Positions 58,436 to 64,000 of a stretch of 64,000 bases of DNA are shown in pieces. Location: the IMG/VR virus record IMGVR_UViG_3300008255_000101, positions 32,001 through 96,000 of that record; one strand, 5' to 3'. The notes under the pieces are model-generated. The model had not been told where the DNA came from. It saw only the letters and a program-made list of their open reading frames with translations, and did no database searches. Both the position numbers and the translations under genes were made by a program. Position 1 is the first letter of the stretch. Each line of letters starts with the position of its first letter. This stretch comes from a virus.

Positions 58436-59755
58436 CTAGCTTATTTTATCTTTGATTACTTCGTACGCCGTGTTTATCAAGTTCACAGGTACACTTCCGA
58501 ATTCTTTTTTGTACTCCATCAGTAACAGGATCAGGATATCAGGAGAATTCGAAAATTCTTCTAATATCAGTTCCTGGGTCCTGGGGTCTTGCGTTGCAAA
58601 ATCACCGGTAACATAATCTGCCACTTGGTGCTCTTCCATACCGTTGGCCTTAAGGAGTTTAAGACCGTCATTGTACACTTGGCGGTGCATCTCGGCATCT
58701 TCAAGAAACTGTTTAAGCTTGGTTTTGCGATCCACATGGAACCTTTCCAAAACATCCATAGCTTCTTCGGGTACTTGAATATCCTTGATGTCCAGCAAAT
58801 TCTCTTTGACCTCGTCAGAGTACGCTTGGTCTACACCCATCTCAGTTAAGTGGGTAGCCACGGCATACACGTGCTTACAAAACGTCAGATTCTTTCCGCG
58901 ACCACCGTTAGTCACTTCACGGGGTTCGATAATTTGTGGCCTAAACATGGGCATGTACATGTAGTTGTTTTTCACAGCGTAGTACTGGGGACCCCAAAAC
59001 AAAAAGGAGTTACAGTCGCAAGCCAACTGGCAAGGATGGTCCAGTAAATTGGTGGTAGGGCCTGAGGCCTTGAGGAACTGTATCTTAACTACATGGCTCT
59101 CGTCGTCACCGGACACCTCAAATTCGTACAGTCCGTGCTTCTCCTGCTCAGGGTCGTTTCGTTTTCTGGGTTCCAGGGATCTTCCGCGAGTCTTGAACTC
59201 ATCAGTTTTTTCGTGCTTACTTGAACCCAAAATCTGATGGATATTCTTAGAAGCAGTTTTGATGCCGGCTGTTTTTAAGGACGCCTCCAAATTTGACACG
59301 TTGACGTCCTCGCCGTACAAACCGCTACCCCATGGATTACCTGTGGCCTCGTCCTGCCTCTCACGTGCAGCCCACCACCACTTAAGGGAAGTCTCCGGGG
59401 TAGTCTGCCTATCAAACTTATTGAACTCGATAGGGAAGCTCATCGCGTCCCCGTCAGACCTGTAGGAGTCGTTCTCGTTAGCAGGAGGTACATCCTGGGT
59501 CTTGTTCATACTGAGAGCGTCGTTCACGCCGTCCAGCAGATTAGGTCCTACATCGCCGTCCCCACTAGGGATATCCTTTACAGGTACCTTGCCCTTGTTC
59601 TTTTCTTCCACGTGGATATTACCCGGCGCGTTCTGGTCGGTATCCTTTCCGGGGAGATTCTTACGCATCATGTAGTCCATCCAGGGGATGTCCAAGCTCT
59701 CTTGGTTATTCCCTAGGTATTGGGCTATGATTTCTCTGGTAAAGTCTTTCTTCAT
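58436..59755 (-). CDS. SWIM-type Zn-finger protein with a long disordered N-terminus
   Basis: ACDCNSFLFWG...FCKHVYAV (CxC...CxH), preceded by YEFEVSG...HVVKIQF. Confidence 0.65.
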   Translation of the reverse strand: MKKDFTREIIAQYLGNNQESLDIPWMDYMMRKNLPGKDTDQNAPGNIHVEEKNKGKVPVKDIPSGDGDVGPNLLDGVNDALSMNKTQDVPPANENDSYRSDGDAMSFPIEFNKFDRQTTPETSLKWWWAARERQDEATGNPWGSGLYGEDVNVSNLEASLKTAGIKTASKNIHQILGSSKHEKTDEFKTRGRSLEPRKRNDPEQEKHGLYEFEVSGDDESHVVKIQFLKASGPTTNLLDHPCQLACDCNSFLFWGPQYYAVKNNYMYMPMFRPQIIEPREVTNGGRGKNLTFCKHVYAVATHLTEMGVDQAYSDEVKENLLDIKDIQVPEEAMDVLERFHVDRKTKLKQFLEDAEMHRQVYNDGLKLLKANGMEEHQVADYVTGDFATQDPRTQELILEEFSNSPDILILLLMEYKKEFGSVPVNLINTAYEVIKDKIS

Positions 59756-59786
59756 ACTAAGGGGTTAGACCTTATTTATAGATCAT

Positions 59787-59816
59787 AAAAAGCAGCCCCT
59801 GGACGGGGGCTGCTTT
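59787..59816 (-). terminator. Rho-independent terminator
   Basis: AAAGCAGCCCC-TGGACG-GGGGCTGCTTT stem with a T-tract on the minus strand. Confidence 0.8.
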
Positions 59817-59848
59817 CTAGTGAAGGGCATAAGACAAAGGGAGGAGTC

Positions 59849-61117
59849 CTATGCCAAGGCACTAATTTGTTCTTTGGCAGCTTTACGCACGGACCAATGG
59901 GACTTAACATGTACCCGGATGGCTTCCAGGAGAGTGGGGTCCTTGAATGTCTTGACGTAGGCCACTTTGGACTTGTAGTCGATATCAGACCACTTCTTAC
60001 CTCCCACTACCAAGTCATTGACGTCGGAGACAGCCACTGCAGCAGGAGTGGGATCCTTGGGTGCCTGTTGTTTGGCCTTGAGACGGGCGGTTGCTTCATT
60101 CTTCTTCAATTGGAAGTCGTCAATCCTCTTGCGAGGAGTTTGCTCCTTCTCGTTTATGCCGGAAGAATGGGTCTTCTGCAAGATTGGAGCGTCTTGCGCC
60201 TGCCTGGTGGTACTGTCCAGGTTAGTGAGACTCTGGTCTTTCGAAGGGGGAGCGATAGCGGATGACTCCATGGTCTTTGACGAGGGCCCTACGGCAGGCT
60301 TACCCATACCCTCACCTTCGTCCACCACCGTGGTCACGGCTTTTGCTTCAAGGGTGGAACCCTGGGTACCTAGGCCGGCATTTTTGGAAATCAATTTATC
60401 GAAACCTTCCTCACTCTTGGGAGAAGAAGCGTCCAACTCAATGGTCATCTTGGCGGGAACCATCCTACGCATAGGGATAGCTTCGCCGTCCACGGGGGGA
60501 GGATTCTCCCCTCTGTTCTCGATGAGGGCCTGTTGCTTGGCGGATACAGCCCGGGCACCCATCTTAATGGCACCCTCATTATTGGAGCTCATGGCCACTG
60601 CTTCGCGGTTACCCTTCAAAGGTGCCACGATTTCCATATCTTCACCCATGATGACACCAAGCTTCTGGCGTTCCGTGGATACAGAGGTGGAGTGGTTCTG
60701 GCGGGATCCGGCATCGTCGAAGGCGGTCTTGCGTACGGTGTTGCCCTCAACCGTCTCCACGGGCATTCCCCGTTTGGCGGAGGACCCCTCGACCATGACG
60801 AGATGGCCGTTGTTATTACTGGAGGCAACCGAAGTTGGGGCCACGTTTTCAAACATTTCCTGTGCGGCAGGAGCCTGCGTAGGAGAGCTGGTCTCGTACA
60901 TAGGTACTTCTTCCGTTTCCCCCACAACTCGTAACCACCCTTCTCGGATAGCTGCCTTAAGGGATACAGAGGCATCACGAATGCCATTGTACTCTACATT
61001 GAACCCGTCGTAGAAAAGAACCTCTCCCACTTTTGTGGAAAGGCCCATTGACAAAGCGGGGTTATTGATGAGGGACAGAGTGAACGCCTCGGTCACCAGG
61101 TATTTCTGCATGGACAT
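59849..61117 (-). CDS. Hypothetical protein: small N-terminal domain, long disordered linker, small C-terminal helical domain
   Basis: 422 aa. AGGAG RBS. N-domain ends SLKAAIREGWLRVV. Confidence 0.7.
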   Translation of the reverse strand: MSMQKYLVTEAFTLSLINNPALSMGLSTKVGEVLFYDGFNVEYNGIRDASVSLKAAIREGWLRVVGETEEVPMYETSSPTQAPAAQEMFENVAPTSVASSNNNGHLVMVEGSSAKRGMPVETVEGNTVRKTAFDDAGSRQNHSTSVSTERQKLGVIMGEDMEIVAPLKGNREAVAMSSNNEGAIKMGARAVSAKQQALIENRGENPPPVDGEAIPMRRMVPAKMTIELDASSPKSEEGFDKLISKNAGLGTQGSTLEAKAVTTVVDEGEGMGKPAVGPSSKTMESSAIAPPSKDQSLTNLDSTTRQAQDAPILQKTHSSGINEKEQTPRKRIDDFQLKKNEATARLKAKQQAPKDPTPAAVAVSDVNDLVVGGKKWSDIDYKSKVAYVKTFKDPTLLEAIRVHVKSHWSVRKAAKEQISALA

Positions 61118-61199
61118 CTGGGTGTCTCCTTTTTGGGATCTGTTATATCCTACACATAGGCTAAAAAGTCTACGTACGTGTGCATATGGGGTACCCCGG

Positions 61200-61212
61200 A
61201 TTAGGAGATTAT
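61200..61212 (-). promoter_or_regulatory. Putative late promoter motif (ATAATCTCCTAAT)
   Basis: Consensus-type copy ~83 nt upstream of 61117. Confidence 0.65.
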
Positions 61213-61233
61213 CAGATATTCAAAAAGGACGGA

Positions 61234-61794
61234 TTACAATTTAGCGTATGGCGGGGCCACAGCTTCTTTTTCTTCGGCCAGTATGGTTTCCAAATCATCC
61301 TGATGGCTTTCCTCATCCACCAAGATGTCTTGGAGGATGTCTGCCAAACCGTACTCGCCCAGGGTAAGTGCCTGAGCGATACGTTCTTTGTAACGGGCCA
61401 CGGCTGTCTTCTCGTCCACAAGGTCAAGTTCCAGCATCTGTTTAGCACCTGGTGCCAACTTCACATCACCCACGCCTACAGCTGGTACGCCGCCCATGTA
61501 GTTTATGCGGTCGGCTAGGGAGGAGGCGTGGCCTATTTCTTCCATCCCGTGAGTCTTGAGTTCATCCCTGAAGCTGTCGTACTTCCTGCCCTGCGTACGG
61601 GCATAGTGCTGGAAGTATTGGAGGGCTGCCGTGTACTCGAGAATGAGATCCTCATTCAGCAATTCGATCAACTGGCCCTTACTGACTAATGGGGTGGGGA
61701 TAGCAGCCTGGGGGATGGAGGCCGACTTAATCTTTTCTGTTTTCTGATTTTCGCCGAAAATACTAGCGAACACAGAACTGGCGGTTTTTTGCAT
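61234..61794 (-). CDS. Bacterioferritin-like (ferritin-superfamily) protein, heme-less, with N-terminal extension (start revised to 61794)
   Basis: LNEDLILEYTAALQYFQH, EEIGHA...RINYMGGVP, DLVDEK and ILVDEESH carry all six ferroxidase ligands. Ile replaces the heme-ligand Met. GGAGG RBS before MQKTASS. Confidence 0.85.
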   Translation of the reverse strand: MQKTASSVFASIFGENQKTEKIKSASIPQAAIPTPLVSKGQLIELLNEDLILEYTAALQYFQHYARTQGRKYDSFRDELKTHGMEEIGHASSLADRINYMGGVPAVGVGDVKLAPGAKQMLELDLVDEKTAVARYKERIAQALTLGEYGLADILQDILVDEESHQDDLETILAEEKEAVAPPYAKL

Positions 61795-61804
61795 GGGGCC
61801 TCCG

Positions 61805-64000
61805 TTAGAATAGGCTCTGTTGGTTTGGGTCACCCTTAGGTGCTTTCACAGCGGGGCCCGGGCGGTAGTTTTCTTTGAATGGGTTTCCAAATGGACGAGG
61901 GGGAGCAGGGATATGTACATCCTTAATGGTGTAGGCACCCTTGTTGTACAGATCAGCAGTCACTACTCCTATCTGGGGTACGTGGGCCCTGGCCAGGATC
62001 CTCCCTATGGCACCCCTAATGGCAGTGGCATCCTTCCTTCTTGAGCTATCTATGCTCTCGCTTCCCGGATACCCATACACGGTCAGTTCACTGCGGGCGG
62101 GGACAGACGCTTTCTTGTTTAGAAAAGCTTCTACCACCCGGTTAACCAGCGGTGATGACGCTGTCTTTACCACTGGGTTACTTTCTTTCATATGACTTCC
62201 AAGATCCTTGATCATGGAATCGTATTCTTCAACTAACTCGGGGTCCCTGTCGAAGTCTGTTTTGTCACCAAGGGCCTTTGCGAACTTATCGAGACTTGCT
62301 AAAAAAGACTTTTTATTGACGCCATCGTTACGGCCTACAAGGGCCTTGGCGCTGCGTAGCAAATCCTTGGCCTCTGACCCTACACCCATACCCGAAAGAA
62401 CCCCGTCACCCATGTACTCGGACTTCCCGTACTGCAGGTACATGGCCACTATGTCAGCTACCTCGTACAAGTCGTCAGGGACCTCCAGCAATGCTGTGTG
62501 TACCTCGTTTCCTAGATCCCTATGCTCATCGTTGGAATCATCGGGAACCTTTTCCTCGGCGGGCTCAGACTGAGAGGGCTCTATCTTAGGATCCTCAGGG
62601 GCCTTGAGTCGGGTCCATATGTTAGCGCTTTCCTGCACTATGCTATCGGTGTTCAATATTAGTTTGGCGCCCTGAACGGATTGCATAGCCTTGGCCTTGC
62701 TACGGATCTCGTTAAGTATGCCCTTGATCTGGTCGAGCTCCGAATTAATCCCGTCACCCAACTTGCCCAGCAGGGACTCTACTTCTTCCACAGACTTTAT
62801 AGATCCGCGGTTATCGAAAAGGTACTTCATGAGTCCCTTAACCTGATCACCTATGTCACCAACTAATTCCTTATTGTCCAGAACTTCCCGAGCTTTTACC
62901 AGGGCCTTACTAAGGGCACCGCGAGCGAAGTCTAAGGCCTCCTCAGGGTCCTCTTTTTTGGCTACAAAGGCTTCAACCCTTTCTAGGTAATCCACTATAG
63001 CTTCCGCTTTCTCCACATCCCTCGTGCTGGGGACTTCAGGGGAGGCGCTTCCGGGTTCTTCCACCAAAACCTCAGCTATGGCTTCTGCTTGGGTTTCGTC
63101 CTCGGGCAGGACCTCGCCTTTCTCCTCAATCCTATCGGCCAATTCCTGTAGCATTTTACTGGCATTTTCTGGAGTCACTGGGTCAGAAACTTCCGGGGTA
63201 GCTGGTTTTTCCCCAGTACCCGCCGGCTTATCGGTGACAGTCCCACCTTGTTCTTTTTCATCAGCCTTAGCCCTGGCTGCTTGCTCCTTGGACCTCTTCA
63301 AAAAATCCTTATAGAAAGCTTCACCCCAAGCCTTAAGCTTATCTGCGGCGGGAGTTACCTCGCTGACCACATCAGCAGGAGTCGTCACACCGGGGCGAGC
63401 ATCGTACAAAGCCTCGTCAAGGGCATTATAAAATGCCGAGAAGGGGCTGTGTTTGGATTTGATGATAGTCTCCAACACACGCGGACGATTTAGAACATCC
63501 TCGCTGAAATCTAATCTGTTACCAAGCTTGGACATGACCTGGTCTAGCGTACGGGAAAGCCACGCTTTGTCCACCTTACCGTTCTGCCTATACCAAGCCT
63601 TCATGGTACCGTTGTGGTAGGATCTGAAACCACTAGTGAAAGAACCCTTCTGACGAATCTCGTTAACCAGGTTCTCCCGATCGGGCGCTACTGGGGAGTT
63701 TGGTCCCTTCTCACCCATTTCTTCGGCACTGTAGCCCCCGTCACCCTGCTCTTCGTTAGCGGGAGCCTGCTCTTCAGGTTTGCCCTCTTCCGGTGCTTCG
63801 GTATCCTCTGGTTTGGAGTCCTCAGGTTCTTCCTTAGCCTTGGCAGGTTCGGTACTGTCGGGGACTCCAGCAGTCTCCTTCTTAATGGAGTCGTGCAGAC
63901 TTTTCAGTGCTTTGTACAGGTTGTCCTTACCGTCCAGTATCAATTCGAAGTAGGTATCCGTGACAGCTTTGGACCACTCTGGAGAATCCTTGTATTCCTG
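61805..64000 (-). CDS. Large acidic helical protein, 5'-truncated by the window edge; putative internal head protein
   Basis: The frame stays open from 63943 to 64000. P/E-rich linkers separate helical domains. KTAS and KKAS lie near the C-terminus. Confidence 0.7.
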   Translation of the reverse strand, partial: QEYKDSPEWSKAVTDTYFELILDGKDNLYKALKSLHDSIKKETAGVPDSTEPAKAKEEPEDSKPEDTEAPEEGKPEEQAPANEEQGDGGYSAEEMGEKGPNSPVAPDRENLVNEIRQKGSFTSGFRSYHNGTMKAWYRQNGKVDKAWLSRTLDQVMSKLGNRLDFSEDVLNRPRVLETIIKSKHSPFSAFYNALDEALYDARPGVTTPADVVSEVTPAADKLKAWGEAFYKDFLKRSKEQAARAKADEKEQGGTVTDKPAGTGEKPATPEVSDPVTPENASKMLQELADRIEEKGEVLPEDETQAEAIAEVLVEEPGSASPEVPSTRDVEKAEAIVDYLERVEAFVAKKEDPEEALDFARGALSKALVKAREVLDNKELVGDIGDQVKGLMKYLFDNRGSIKSVEEVESLLGKLGDGINSELDQIKGILNEIRSKAKAMQSVQGAKLILNTDSIVQESANIWTRLKAPEDPKIEPSQSEPAEEKVPDDSNDEHRDLGNEVHTALLEVPDDLYEVADIVAMYLQYGKSEYMGDGVLSGMGVGSEAKDLLRSAKALVGRNDGVNKKSFLASLDKFAKALGDKTDFDRDPELVEEYDSMIKDLGSHMKESNPVVKTASSPLVNRVVEAFLNKKASVPARSELTVYGYPGSESIDSSRRKDATAIRGAIGRILARAHVPQIGVVTADLYNKGAYTIKDVHIPAPPRPFGNPFKENYRPGPAVKAPKGDPNQQSLF

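Noticed and set aside
366-63493. Plus-strand ORFs (e.g. 23047..24468, 60018..61013, 12139..12813) and alternate-frame ORFs in the collagen regions
   Set aside because: They are antisense or frame shadows of well-supported minus-strand genes, explained by codon bias and repeats, and show no recognisable motifs.
1-64000. Alternative genetic code (TAG or TGA recoding) as in some huge phages
   Set aside because: Standard-code ORFs are long and tile the window. Many genes end in TAG or TGA immediately before the next RBS and start codon.

Overview
This 64-kb window is the virion morphogenesis region of a large (probably jumbo) contractile-tailed phage or prophage. Every credible gene is on the minus strand, densely packed, in the standard genetic code. 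In transcription order (right to left) it holds: putative internal/head-associated proteins, including a heme-less bacterioferritin-like protein with an N-terminal extension; an ~19-kb fibre cassette with four Thr-rich collagen-like proteins (one with ~1150 GXY residues, one fused to a CBM-like domain and a GH8 glycoside hydrolase) and a ribbon-helix-helix (RHH) regulator coupled to a 1349-aa four-domain glycosyltransferase; neck/head-completion genes; an actin-like ATPase with a coiled-coil partner; then tail terminator-like, sheath, tube, chaperones, tape measure and baseplate genes (two tube-like paralogues, one with a Zn-peptidase, plus hub, spike and large wedge-like proteins). A 13-bp motif (ATAATCTYCTAAT on the minus strand) recurs in 12 intergenic positions (9 close matches, 3 variants) and is probably the late promoter. 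No major capsid, portal, terminase, tRNA, CRISPR or IS element was recognised. The best candidate novel systems are (1) phage-encoded glycosylation of giant collagen fibres with a fibre-borne glycanase, (2) an actin homologue with a possible capsid-binding adaptor, and (3) a K-x-A-S-tagged set of putative capsid cargo proteins that includes a ferritin. All family calls come from motif recognition by eye, without database searches.
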